This document shows, one piece after another, positions 14,116 through 26,638 of a stretch of DNA of 45,987 nucleotides. The stretch is from the NCBI RefSeq assembly GCF_001194135.2, contig NC_068994.1:21872917-21918903 (forward strand). The letters are read 5' to 3'. The translations under genes were made by a program, and so were the position numbers. The first letter of the stretch is position 1. Every line of letters starts with the position of its first letter. The notes beneath the pieces were generated by a model. The model ran no database searches, was not told where the DNA came from, and worked only from the letters and a program-made list of their open reading frames with translations. Origin of the DNA: Octopus bimaculoides (Eukaryota).

Positions 14116-14599
14116 ATAATCATAATAATAATAATGATAACTTTAATAATGATAATAATAATAATGGTTTCAATTTTCGGTATGAAGCTGGCAACTTTTG
14201 GGAGACAGAGGTCAAGTGGTACTTATTTTAGTGACCCAAAATAGGAAAAATAACCTTTGTGGAATTTGAATTCTGAATGTAAAGCTCGAGAAGAAATGCT
14301 ACAAAACATTTTGTTCACTACATAGTGATTCTGCCAGCTCACCACCTTAATTGCAATAATTATCATCTGAATAATAATGCTTTCAAATTTCGGTACAAAG
14401 CCAGCAATTGTAGGGAGTGGGGGTTAGTTGATTACATTGACCTCAGTGTTCAGTTGATACTTATTTTATCGACCCTAAAAGGATGAAAGGCAAAGCTGAC
14501 CTTGGCAGAATATGAACTCAGAACACAAAGAGATGGAAGAAATGCCACCAAGCATTTTGTCTGACATGCAAACTAATGATTCAGCCAGCTTGCTGCCTT
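13893..14599 (-). mobile_element. Three tandem copies of a tRNA-derived SINE (family A): 13893-14078, 14164-14348, 14378-14599
   Basis: The shared body ggcacaaggccagcaa...gatgaaaggcaaagttgacc..ggcagaatttgaactca..aagcattt..gattctgccagc is repeated three times and separated by (TAA)n/(GTA)n. The minus strand reads as A box ctggcagaa and B box gagttcaaatt. Confidence 0.75.
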
Positions 14600-14625
14600 A
14601 ACCATTAATCATAATATTAACATTC

Positions 14626-14820
14626 AGCAAACTGGCAGAATTGTTAGTACATCAGGCAAAATGTTTAGCAACGTTTCATTGTCTTAGGATTCTGAGTTGA
14701 AATTTTGCCTTTCATCCTTTTAGTGTTGATAAAATATGCAACATTTAAACACTGGGGTTAATGTAGTCAACTATGCCCTGCCTCCAAAACTGCTGGTTTT
14801 TTGCCAAAAATTTGGAACCA
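14626..14820 (+). mobile_element. Family A SINE, plus orientation (inverted relative to the adjacent copy)
   Basis: actggcagaattgttag...ctgagttgaaattttgcctttcatcc...ttggaacca is the reverse complement of the copies at 13893-14599. Confidence 0.7.
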
Positions 14821-14921
14821 ATATTACATATATATATATATATTTATATATATATATACATACATATACATACAAACATACATACATACATACACACACA
14901 TACATATATGTATACATACAT

Positions 14922-14979
<58 letters not shown>

Positions 14980-15379
14980 GCATAAATATGTGTATGTGTG
15001 TATTATTGTGAATGTTTGACATACATGACATTTATGGTTGTTTGTTATACTGTGAATAAACATTATCAAATGTAGAACTTGATACAAAATATAGAATGGA
15101 TTCTCATATTTTATATTGTAAAGGGTAACAGTTACTTATAAGTTTCCTCTTGCAGTAGAAACTGACCCTTTGTGATATAATATAATGTAATATAATAATA
15201 ATATATCATATGTATATATTTATAGATATATAACTATATACACACACACACATTCGTGTATGTGTATTTATATTTATGAATGAATGAATGATATATATAT
15301 ATATATGTTATTTATATTATATATATATATATGTATGTATTTATGTATGTATGTATGTATGTACGTATATATGTATATA

Positions 15380-16077
15380 NNNNNNNNNNNNNNNNNNNNN
15401 NNNNNNNNNNNNNNNNNNNNNNNNNNNNNNNNNNNNNNNNNNNNNNNNNNNNNNNNNNNNNNNNNNNNNNNNNNNNNNNNNNNNNNNNNNNNNNNNNNNN
15501 NNNNNNNNNNNNNNNNNNNNNNNNNNNNNNNNNNNNNNNNNNNNNNNNNNNNNNNNNNNNNNNNNNNNNNNNNNNNNNNNNNNNNNNNNNNNNNNNNNNN
15601 NNNNNNNNNNNNNNNNNNNNNNNNNNNNNNNNNNNNNNNNNNNNNNNNNNNNNNNNNNNNNNNNNNNNNNNNNNNNNNNNNNNNNNNNNNNNNNNNNNNN
15701 NNNNNNNNNNNNNNNNNNNNNNNNNNNNNNNNNNNNNNNNNNNNNNNNNNNNNNNNNNNNNNNNNNNNNNNNNNNNNNNNNNNNNNNNNNNNNNNNNNNN
15801 NNNNNNNNNNNNNNNNNNNNNNNNNNNNNNNNNNNNNNNNNNNNNNNNNNNNNNNNNNNNNNNNNNNNNNNNNNNNNNNNNNNNNNNNNNNNNNNNNNNN
15901 NNNNNNNNNNNNNNNNNNNNNNNNNNNNNNNNNNNNNNNNNNNNNNNNNNNNNNNNNNNNNNNNNNNNNNNNNNNNNNNNNNNNNNNNNNNNNNNNNNNN
16001 NNNNNNNNNNNNNNNNNNNNNNNNNNNNNNNNNNNNNNNNNNNNNNNNNNNNNNNNNNNNNNNNNNNNNNNNNNNNN
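15380..16077. other. Largest assembly gap (N-run); the others are 1147-1309, 6148-6160, 8367-8575, 11046-11070, 24425-24440, 39939-39948 and 42792-42994
   Basis: Runs of n; most abut simple repeats on at least one side. Confidence 0.99.
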
Positions 16078-16310
16078 ATTATCATAAAGAATATTGTTAC
16101 TATTGTTATTTAATTTTTCTTTGACAAGGCATAAAGGTTGTCTATTTTGTTTTTCTTTTTAAGAAAGGGATAATGAACATATGTGATGGTTGTGTCTTTC
16201 CTAAGAGCATGCATAGTGTCAGGGAAATGAAAAAATAGCTTTGATCAGGAATCAAAATCATTTCGTGAATTTAAGTTATAAGGAACTTTACAGTGCTTGC
16301 CCCTTATTAC

Positions 16311-16370
<60 letters not shown>

Positions 16371-16475
16371 GCTGAAGAAAATGGATGCCTCTGAGATGAG
16401 AGATTTCTGTGAAAAATAATTTGAAACTGGATTACTTTATGAAGACAAGTAATATTTTTGTTCTAGTTTTAACAG

Positions 16476-16527
16476 AAAGTTTTTGGATTGTTTGAGAGTC
16501 ATCCCTATTAACTGGAACAGCAGAAAG
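16476..16527 (+). other. Candidate small internal coding exon
   Basis: tttttgttctagttttaacag| ... AAAG|gtttgt; one open frame, KFLDCLRVIPINWNSRK. Confidence 0.2.
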
Positions 16528-17129
16528 GTTTGTCATTAGATGTTTAACTATTTTTGGTAAATAGCCATTTACAATATTAATATGCATTGCAAGATGGCTA
16601 TAACTAGCAGGAAGAGATGTTTACATCAAATGTGGTAGCAGTAGCCTCAATAACATAAACATGTCCCCAAAATTTTAAAAAGAAACAAATTGAAAAACAA
16701 AATTTCAAAGGAGATAAAAAACAAACAAAACAAAACCAGATGATGTAACAGATCAAAGAGACAGCTTGAAGCTTAAACACTTAATTTTGTACAATGGAAG
16801 ACACAATAAGAATAGTATTAAAAATACTATTCTGAAAGGAAAAGTACAAACAATGGCAACATCATTACCACTAGTATCACCACCACAAACAACACAGTCT
16901 ATAAATGTGGGACAATATGAGCAACTTGATTTGAGCCAGCTCAGTGAAAAGGAGAAGGAATGGACGGGGTATGTTGAAACAAATAATGGAAAGGAAGAGA
17001 TAGAAGATAGCATACCTCTGTTTTTGAAACAATGGGGAAGGTTACCATACGCCCTCAAAAGAAAATCTGAAGGAATTTCTGACTGATGTGTGGCAGACTG
17101 TGCTCCCTTGACCAAGGCAGAATATACAG

Positions 17130-18340
17130 AAGTGTTTGCTGGTCTTTAAGAATGGGAATCACGTGAGGAGACAGAGGAGAGAGAAGTAGAACTGGTGTAG
17201 TACATATTGGCACACAAACTATTACTGCCAAATATGGGTCTTAGGAATACAAGAGGATCACAACCAGAGATACTGACATGGATTTTAATCATTGGTTTAT
17301 CTTCATCTCAGGGCAACAACGATGTAGTGAGTGTGGAGATGATTCACAGCAAATAGCTGGATGGATCTACATGGACCTGGAGGTCAAGATGACTCTTAAT
17401 GACCGTAAGATATACTGGAGTTGAAATCCATTAAAGGAGTAAACAGGTCAACCAAATTGCTGCTGCATAGGTAGAGAGCTCAGTTTCTACATGTGTAGTG
17501 GTAAAGGCCACTAAGAACTTTCTGCCTCAAAGAAGATTAAGAATAAGACAACAGTAGGTCACTGAAGTGAAAACCATGACTACTTCTTCTGCAACTGCAA
17601 TTTTGAGAGTAGCACTGAAATATAGTCCCAAGGATAGACAGGGAAAGCAAACAAAATTGTTTCACCTTCAGTACCATCAGCACCAGAGGCTGTTAATGAA
17701 GTAGGATACTGAGAAGCTCAGGTGCCTCATATGCCAGAACATGACAAGCCAAAAACTCTGAGCTTCAGTCTTGCCCCATTGCTCTGCAATAATGAAGAGG
17801 TGATAAAGACTAGAGAAAAGTGGGAAACTGTCAGGGACAGTTAAAAATAAAATACTTAGAGTGTGGCACTAGATTGGCAGCTTCTGGGACTGATGATGAA
17901 ATTATTTTCAATAATCCTCAGAGTTGCAAGCAGTGGTGCAACTGGTGGTACTTTGAAAATTGTTCTGGGACTTGCTGTTGTTGTTGTTGGCTCAGCTGGT
18001 CTCCTTTTCACTGTTTCTCAAGTTCTTCAGAATAGAAAACTCTCAAATGATCCTTACTTATATACCTGTAGTACCAGTGTGCCTTACACTTCTCTTCATC
18101 AGTTTTGAAAACTAGGCACAAGGCCCTATAATTTCTACCCTGACCAATAGAGGAGATATCATTCCACATCTCAGTTAGGGAGAACTGCAATTGTTCCCTT
18201 GGAGACATAAAGAAATTTTCCCCGTTCTTGGCAATGAAGAGATATGTAATCTTCCTCCTCTCACACTCATTGCTAAAGAGGTGTGACAAAAAAACTTTCC
18301 CTTTTGGGTCGCATAACTCTTTCAAGCAAACTTTTTCCCA
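17130..18340. mobile_element. Rearranged, degenerate LINE ORF1 remnants (Tx1/L1-like)
   Basis: Minus ORF 18008-18325 (LCDPKGKVFLSHLF..PREQLQ..LVFKTDEE) and a plus-strand fragment near 17150-17330 resemble ORF1 N-terminal segments; both have many stops and Ser/Thr/Gln-rich linkers. Confidence 0.35.
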
Positions 18341-18921
18341 ACAAGGTGATGAATGTGCAGCATCTGTCTGTTACTGGTGGTGTTAATAAAAGAAAAGCTG
18401 ATTTCACTCATATCTGCATTTGACAAAAAAAGTGTTTGTGTGTGTGTGTGTGTGGTGTGTCCATTGTTATTGATGTTGTTAACCATATGATTGGAATTGT
18501 TAGAATCATTGTCACTTTTTTCTGTCAAGAAGTTGATATTTTTTTCCACATGAATCTATATATATCCTGCTGTGTTATTTAATTTATCCTTTTCTTTTTT
18601 TTTTTTTGCGTGTTGTTACATTCATTTCATTTTCGTGGGCATTATATATTTTCTGGCAGGAAGCCATTTAAGTCGAATGTAAACAAAATATAATTGCTTA
18701 AAAATGTCCAAAACTGACAGACCTTGTGTCTTCCTAGTATAGGGAAACATCCAAAATGTTCCAGAAAAATTCTTTGAAGAAAATTATTCAAAAAGAAATA
18801 ATTTTCTTCAGCTGCACATAGTATAAAATGGAAATTTCATGGAATGAACCAAAGCATGTCCATCCAAATGGGTGAAAACACAATAATGATAATAACAATA
18901 ATAATTGCAATAATAGTAATT

Positions 18922-19088
18922 ATTTCTAATTTAGGCACAAAGCCTGAAATTTGCGGTAGGGGACTAGTCAGTTATATTGACCCCAGTACGTAAACTGGTA
19001 CTTTATTTTATCACCCTAAGAGGGATGAAAGGTAAAGTTGGCCTTGGCAGAACTTGAACTGAGAATGTAATGCCACCTTAATATAATG

Positions 19089-19140
<52 letters not shown>

Positions 19141-19334
19141 TAATAATGATGATGATGGTGATGATGATGATGATGATGATGATAATGATGATGATGATTT
19201 CTAGTAATCCTTTCTACTATAGGCACAAGGCCTGAAATTTAGGGGAGGGGATAGTCGAGTACATCGACCCCATTACACAACTGGTACTTATTTTATCGAC
19301 CCCATAAGGATGAAAGGTAAAGTTGACCTTGGCG

Positions 19335-19338
<4 letters not shown>
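18922..19338 (-). mobile_element. Two partial family A SINE copies (18922-19080, 19207-19338) separated by (TAA)n/(TGA)n, downstream of the membrane-protein ORF
   Basis: Same body as 13893-14599 (ggcacaa.gcctgaaatt...atcgacccc...ggatgaaaggtaaagttg.ccttggc). Confidence 0.75.
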
Positions 19339-19386
<48 letters not shown>

Positions 19387-19387
19387 C

Positions 19388-19420
<33 letters not shown>

Positions 19421-19718
19421 TTGATGATGATGATAATGATGATGGTGCTAATGCTGATGATTTTTCACATTTGCCCAAGGCCACATATTTAAAGGGTAGG
19501 AGAAGTATTTAGTTTATTGATACTGGTGTACTGGAAAATACAATTAGAATTGACCCTGTTACAAATTTAAAGGGAAAACCAAGAGGGAAATTAAACATTT
19601 ATGTAATTATTGTGATATACTATTGTTTTGGCCGTCTGCATTCACTTAGAGTAATAGATAATAATAATTATGATGATAATGATGATGATGATGATGATGA
19701 TGATATATGAGAAAGTGT

Positions 19719-20621
19719 TTATAGAATGAATGTGGAATGTCGTCGTGCTGCTGTATAAGTTATGACTTCCTGGTCACCAATAGCAACCCAGTTGATGCTG
19801 CCTCGTTTTGAACCATCTGGGGTCTGGTTAGGAGTTGAAGTCCTACTAGTACTTGGTCGCAATGAGGGCTTTCTGATGAGGTCCATGTCGACACTGGAAG
19901 TGGATGGCACCCCTCGGCTGCAGACTGGTGGCTCTGTTGAGATGACAGCGTACTTCAGAGCTAATTGTCGTGCACGTGCGTCCAGCTGCGATGAGTGGCA
20001 GTAGTAGGCGATGCACACGAAAATGATGATGCTCACTGCTGCTACAGGGCTGGCAATGAGCAAAGGAAGGGGTAAGTCTTTGTGTACGGCGATGTCTTCC
20101 GGGGGTGACATGGACGCTACCGGCAAGTCCTCTTCAACTTGAGTGACATTGCTGCTGTTGTTGACAGATATCGAACCCAATACATTGACTATTGTTTTGT
20201 TGACAGACATGTTTGATGAAGATGAAAATGGCATGGAAGACAGGTTTATGTTTGTCATTGTTCTGTTATCAATTTGCTGGTTGTTTGACAGTGTATCCGT
20301 TAAGGCGCCAATTTTTAACTGTTGAGGTTGTCTATCCAGTGATTGGCCAATTTTGGCATAGTGATGGTAAATAGTCTCTGAATATTGTTTTGACTGTCGA
20401 TGAGTCTCTTGAGAGGTGGACGGTGAGGAGAAGGACTTGTGACTTTGTTCGTTGTTGGAACTTGCTCCACTGTTGTTGTTTGAACTCTGTGTAGTGGAAC
20501 CGTGGTGCTTGTGTTCAGCTCCTGTAATTAGGTCGACAAGATGTGGCATTGAACAACATGTGGCACACAAAACTGAAGCAATCAAGTATCGGACAGATAT
20601 CATAGATTCAAAGATGTTCAT
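19719..20621 (-). CDS. Single-exon ORF, 300 aa: predicted type I single-pass membrane protein with a Ser/Thr/Asn-rich (mucin-like) ectodomain; product unknown
   Basis: Longest non-repetitive ORF in the window; an in-frame TGA lies 3 codons upstream of the first ATG (20621), and a second Met is at 20603. Signal-peptide-like N-terminus (MISVRYLIASVLCATCCS), 8 N-x-S/T sequons in aa 48-160, one hydrophobic segment at about aa 185-207 (LPLLIASPVAAVSIIIFVCIAYY) and a basic/Ser-rich tail with RKPS, KRGS and RRHS. CpGs are retained here relative to the flanks. Confidence 0.8.
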   Translation of the reverse strand: MNIFESMISVRYLIASVLCATCCSMPHLVDLITGAEHKHHGSTTQSSNNNSGASSNNEQSHKSFSSPSTSQETHRQSKQYSETIYHHYAKIGQSLDRQPQQLKIGALTDTLSNNQQIDNRTMTNINLSSMPFSSSSNMSVNKTIVNVLGSISVNNSSNVTQVEEDLPVASMSPPEDIAVHKDLPLPLLIASPVAAVSIIIFVCIAYYCHSSQLDARARQLALKYAVISTEPPVCSRGVPSTSSVDMDLIRKPSLRPSTSRTSTPNQTPDGSKRGSINWVAIGDQEVITYTAARRHSTFIL

Positions 20622-22982
20622 GTTGAGTCACACTAAGTGTGACAGATACCACTCTTGTAGATTATCCTCTGATGTTAAAGTAAATTCTAGGGAGTCTTTC
20701 TTTCTTTGTTTTCTGGCAATTTTAATTTTACTGTTGGTTATATTTCTGTACTTTTTAATACTTATTTTCCTTCTCTTGAGAACTGAGTTTCTTTATGATT
20801 TTTTTCAGGAATTAATGAGAAGAATAAATAAAAGATTGGAGAATATTTCTTGCAAATGTTGACAAAAACAACATCAATAACAATAATATAAATAATAACA
20901 GAAATAAAAACTAAAATAAAAATATAATCATCTTTGAATAAAATCTCATTTTTGTGTCATTTTGCTTTTGTTATGGTGATAATGCCTGTCTTTTCTTCAA
21001 ATGCTTTAAAAAATTTGACCATCAGAAAATATTGATATATTCCTGGAATAACACATCAATTACAAATATTAGTAATGTCATTAACAATTACAACAACAAT
21101 AATTATAATAATGTTTTCTAATAATAATTGTTATAAATTTGGCAAAGTTTCTGCAACTCTCACACGTTCTTTCTTCTTTTCTTTATTAGAGTTGGATGCT
21201 AGTACAAATAAAGGGTATCACATTTGACAAAGCTCCTTTTGGTTCTTATAGCAATCATGGTTGACTGCTTTGTAAACTTCCGGAACAAAACCCTGGAAAG
21301 CAAACCAGAAAATTTTGATACATTAAATATATCAGATAAGTTATTGTTAAATATAATCATAATTTTCTTTTTACCTCAACTCTATAGATAAAATATATCT
21401 AATTATTTACATCTATACTACATTTTAATCTGTTTGATCTCTGATTGTTGTAGATGTATTATTCCTAGACATATACATAACAGCTGGCTGGATTTAAACT
21501 AGATATTTTTATTTCTTAATTAAGGATTTTAATTCTAAAATCCAGTTTACAGGTGATATGTACATGTAATGCTACATCTGTAGATCAAAGACAGCCATAT
21601 TGAGCTGATGTTAGCATTAGCTATACTGATTTAAGTTTTGATTAAGTATTAGTTTAATGAAAGAATGTCTTATAAAAACTCCAAGTGATCAAAGTAGAGG
21701 AACATCAAAAGCCTTGATGATTAGAGAAACATCTAAGTCATCATCATCATCATCATCATCATCATTTACTGTCTGTTTTTCATGCTGGCATGGGTTGAAC
21801 AGGTTGATAGGAGCTGGCCAGCATTTTGCCCGGCATTCTAATGTTTCTGCCAGCTCGCTGCCTTTCATTTTATTATTCTATTTTATTTTTAGCAGTGGCT
21901 AAAAAGCTCAATTAAGGCCCACCTGAGATTTGTATTGCTCTCATATCAGAGATGGTGCTGCTGCTGCTGCTGCTGCTGCTGCACACATAGACATTCTAGA
22001 ACACATCCAGTAAAGGGTCACCTGACAGATTGACATAAAGTCATTCACTGATATCCTCCAGTCTCTGGCTGAAAGCATGCACTGTCTCATCTCCCTGACT
22101 TTTCTGTTTTCCTATAATGACCTTTTACATCTTGTCACTAGCCAGACATGTTTAATCTGTAAGGATTTAGAATCCACGAGGATTTAGGATCAATGGTACT
22201 GGAAATTCCGTATTGCACCTGTATTTGTTTTATAGGAAAGTCTATATTTTCCACTCATCCTATACCAACTTAGAAGAGATGTAGCTCCCAATAAATCCAT
22301 CATAGTGTGAAGAGAAACTTAGCTAATAATCACACAAGAGATGCAATGCCATAATAAATTAAATACTGTCAGCCTACTATGTTTATGCCTGATGACAGAA
22401 AGGACATACAATTTTTAACATTAGTCAATTAATTATGCAGCACATCAGAATATTCTATAACACTAATTGTGTCAACAAAACTAATATCTATTGTGTTAGT
22501 ACTACATAAAGTAGGTGGTATCTCTTGATTATCAATACTAGGAATAGGTTAACTTCAAGGTGCTTCTATTAATGTCTACACAATGAGAAGTAAATCTGGT
22601 CTGATAGTTGTATACTAGAACTGAAGTGAATGCCCTCAGGTCATAACAACTCAGTGATAAGTAGATGAATTAAATGAATAAAATGAGATAGAGGATAAAC
22701 TAATTATGTGCCCTAGATAAGAAACATCTAGATAATATCCCAGGAGAACCATGTCTCAGAGAAATCCAAAAGAATGCGTTGACAAGTACCACCCACATCC
22801 TAAGAAAAACTCTGTTAATTTAAATTTCTGTATTGTATTACATGAAGATATTTCGCTACTGTCCCTGCCACTTCCCCTCCTCAAACTTTCATCCATACTG
22901 TAACATCTCTTATCCTTCACTTGCCCAAAGATGCTCGGGGTGTCTCAGCAAGTGATTGTAACAAACATGCAGATTAAAAGTA

Positions 22983-23043
<61 letters not shown>

Positions 23044-23688
23044 TCTTGCAATTTCAATATATTGATAGTTGAAAATAATACAGTGATGGAGGCACAGATG
23101 CAGGCTATGGCCAAACTACAATAAAGGAGTTAAGAAGGCTTCTTGCATTGCTTATTACCAATGACCTTACCATTTGCATCATAGGTTTCATGAAGCAAAC
23201 CAGTAAATTGGTCAGCTACTTCTCGTGCCAGTAGAGGGAGTCTGGTTGACAGGAAATAAGAGGAACTGATAAGGAGAAAAACCAATCTTTTTTTAGAGAA
23301 CAAAGTTTCTCTCAACACAGATCAGTGAGTAACAACTTCAAGTTTAAGAGGAAGAAAGTCAAGAAATAGATAACTTAATATTTTCCAACTGGAGGAAGGG
23401 AGCAATAAAAAGTAGGAATGATGGCTACTTGTCATTCTTACATTTTATCATTACCATATACCACACCAAACACTTTACCCAAGCCTTACTGTTGAGAAGT
23501 ACAGCTACTTGGAATATAGTCCCTGCACATGTCTTCTTCACTGGTGTTAATCAGTAGAAGTTCAAACAGTACATCAACTGCATCAGTCTAACCAGAATAG
23601 AGAATCCCAACTCTTCTGAGTAAAATATTTTAGTGAGAAAAATGTTTAGTAAGTTTAGTGAGAATTTTGTTTAGATATAATTACTTAC

Positions 23689-23836
23689 AAAGGATTTGTC
23701 TTTAGCTCCCTTTAATTCATTGCAGCTCCTATGGAGGACATGAGTTCAAAACCGGTTGTTCTTGAGAGTTTTTATATCCTGGTGAGTTGGTTCTCATAAC
23801 ACAATCAGTCGTAGAGTTGTAGAAAGAGTATCACAC
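23689..23836 (-). other. Candidate non-coding (5'UTR) exon upstream of the membrane-protein ORF
   Basis: On the minus strand the acceptor is ccttttatttcag|G and the donor is TTT|gtaagt; all three frames contain stops. A matching acceptor (tgttattccag|) precedes position 21042, 420 nt upstream of the ATG. Splice-like motifs are common by chance in this AT-rich DNA. Confidence 0.3.
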
Positions 23837-24440
23837 CTGAAATAAAAGGTAAAAGATAGTAGTTAGTATCAAAAAACACAAAATCTAAGTGCCATCTGGG
23901 AAATGGCTTTGCTCAATATGTAGGTAAGAACTTGATACTGTGTACCCGCTGCAAGAAATGAGTTTACAAAAGATGCTGTGAGATCTCTAGCAATAGGGAA
24001 CCAGTACTACTTCAGATGTGTTATATATATTAGTGGTTAGCTGTAGATGTAACCATTGGTCTTTAACAGTTTCTGCTGATCAGTATTGGAGGTGGCTAGA
24101 GTAAAAGCAACATTTTCTGATGAAGGAAAAGATAGGAAAGTTCAAGTGACTGTTCCATTTTTGAAAGATAGATCTATTCAAAAATAAGGTTGGGTTGACT
24201 TAAGAAGTGAATGTGGGAAATCTGTGGAGGGTGCACCAGAAATAAGTTGAGTTGAGCAGGTAGTGGTCAACCTGCCTGAAAAGCAGAGGGTAAGTGAAGT
24301 AAAAGCACAGCTAGGCATTCATCAGTTGATGTGGAGGGAGGGAGCGAGAGAGAGAGGGAGAGAGAGAGAGAGAGGGAAAGAGAGAGAGAAATAGAGAGAG
24401 AGAGAGAGAGAGAGAGAGTGAGAGNNNNNNNNNNNNNNNN

Positions 24441-24500
<60 letters not shown>

Positions 24501-24949
24501 GTGTGCTAGTATATACATTAAATTAATGACATATGAATTGATGACAAGTGTGGAAAACTGAGTGACAAGAAGTCTACTTGATCAGAGCTAAGTGTAGGCT
24601 AATTATCATCATCACCAACAATACTAACATCTACAAGAACAGAAAAAATAATACAAAACTACCACCACCACTTCTAATACCAAAAACAACAACAACACTG
24701 AGCTATTGTCTGACTGAGTCTGCCTTTGATCTTAAACATCATGCAAATATATTGTTCATGAACACATGAGCTATAATCAAATACTGATTATATCATTTGA
24801 TGGTTTTGATAGGCCTTTCATTACTTGTTGCTGCTTCTGTGTTTCTTGAAAGTTTTCAAATTCTTGAAATCCCTTAGGACATTTTATATTTTCAAACATT
24901 TAAATAATGTATGATTTCAAAAATAAAATCTTGCTTGTATATTTCTTGA

Positions 24950-25200
24950 AAGATAATGTCAAAGCTCAGCATAGCAGCAGCTTCTTTGTGTGAGTGGCCT
25001 AGTTATGGACCAATCAGCAGCTAGATATCATGTGATAGATCATTCTAGTAGCCCCTAGAACATTTCCTTGCAAGGGTTAAAAATAGGCATGTTTTGAGTG
25101 CTAACTTCACAGAGTGTTGAAGACAACTGTGTATAATGTCTCCACTTTTGCCAGGCTCATTTGTGCAGAGACTGGCTGATTCATTCACTTACTACTTTTA
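24950..25200 (+). mobile_element. Decayed LTR-like segment
   Basis: gaccaatcag..tcatgtgataga..ttaaaaatag mirrors gaccaatcac..tcacgtgataga..ttataaatag at 45900-45982, with CpG-to-TpG decay. Confidence 0.3.
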
Positions 25201-25238
25201 ATAATTGTTATCGCAGCTCCTACTCAACCTTGATATGC

Positions 25239-26111
25239 TGTTATAGTTGGCCAATATGAATTCAATGTATATATTTTCTCCTGTCTTGGTAGCTTAGTTA
25301 CAGAACCTGTAGCGTAGACTTAGGTGAAATTCCTCTCTCTCATTTATTATAGATACATGCATTCAAACATAATAGGAAACAGCTAGCCTTTGGCAACTAT
25401 TTGGATCACATTGTGTCCACTACTCTGATTGGTTGGTATTGACACAGTCTATCTCCTACTCGATTGTGCCAGCTTGTTGTGGATAACCAGTCAGAGGCTC
25501 TAAATAGGATCATGTGGGACAGCCTGTTTACTACCCTGTTTTAGCCTACAGCTTCTTATAAAAACTCAGTTTTTTCTCGTTCCAGTATCTTTGGTTCTGG
25601 ACCTTTTAAGATCTAGCTACTGACCACAAAGACACAGCCAGTTCCAGTGACAACACCAGACAATGCCACTACCACAGCAGTTATGCTGAGACTTACCAAC
25701 TTCGTCCAACAGCATTGTGGCAACCTTCGTTGCCACCATCATGTCCTTCTTAACGTCGTCAACATCATCTCTCTATGCGCACAGCTCAGCAAGCAATTCA
25801 CCCAGGTACCAACAGTTCCCTGTTCGTGAATTATTTCACTATGGATTAACAGCAAATATACAACCTCCATGAACTCTTGCACAAGTGACCCAGACAGCAG
25901 CATCACAGCCACGACTTCATGTACAACATGTACCTGTAACCGGCTCAGCATCATGTCCGCGACGTCTTGCTACAGTATTTCAACTATCATGTACGACTGA
26001 CTGTGAACTGGTATTATTATCTTTCTTGAATCTATGAAAATACTTCTCACTTTGATGGCTTATAGAGACTTTCCCTGTCTTCTTCATTGCCATCCTTAAA
26101 TGTTCTTAACA
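25239..26111 (+). mobile_element. Probable solo LTR (Ty3/Gypsy-like)
   Basis: TGT..ACA candidate ends. TATA block ttataaaaactcag..ttctcg..gtatctttgg..actgaccaca is colinear with the minus strand of 43983-44608. No TSD was found. Confidence 0.4.
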
Positions 26112-26638
26112 TGTTGTTAAGCCTACACACACACACACACATACACTTTGTTCTCATGATGACCTGTCAATTATTCTGTATACATGATACACACACACAC
26201 ACACATGTTATCACATCAATAAATGTTCTCTTAATCATTCTTATGCAGTTGTGTCTCTTTCCATTTGGCATTTATTTGTTCTATTCAATTTCTCTTTATT
26301 GTAAGGGCTGTGTGATGAGGTACATAAAAGCCATTCTTGACACCTCATACACCCTTACAGACTATTGTTTAGAGATACAGAATTATTCCTTTAATGTACA
26401 TACTTTGTTGTTGCAATTTCTAATTCATGACCAACAGGACAATAACACTGTGTAGCAGGATTTTTGTCCTTGGGTAGCAACTGTTATCTCCTATTTGTTT
26501 ATTCCTAGAAAGTATGAAAAATGGCTAATATTTCCTTCAGACTTTGCTTTCCTCAAACTTGTCTCCACTTGGACAGTTAGAAGTGAACTGAACTGTTGAG
26601 CTTATGAACGCCATATTTATACTGAAATCTATGTTGCC

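Noticed and set aside
1041-16124. Many 60-280 aa ORFs of the YIYI/HTHT/CVCV/X type in the ORF track (also throughout the rest of the window)
   Set aside because: They are translations of microsatellites and N-gaps, not genes.
19740-19770. Possible ITIM in the cytoplasmic tail (VITYTAA)
   Set aside because: The Y+3 residue is Ala, not Ile/Val/Leu.
19762-20862. Plus-strand ORFs overlapping the 300-aa ORF (80, 60 and 136 aa)
   Set aside because: Antisense shadows of the minus-strand CDS with no independent features.
23130-23318. Minus ORF ...RLPLLAREVADQFTGLLHETYDANG with splice-like borders (23171-23241/23265)
   Set aside because: Protein-like but unrecognised; no phase-linked neighbouring exon, and donor-like motifs also occur on the opposite strand nearby, so chance cannot be excluded.
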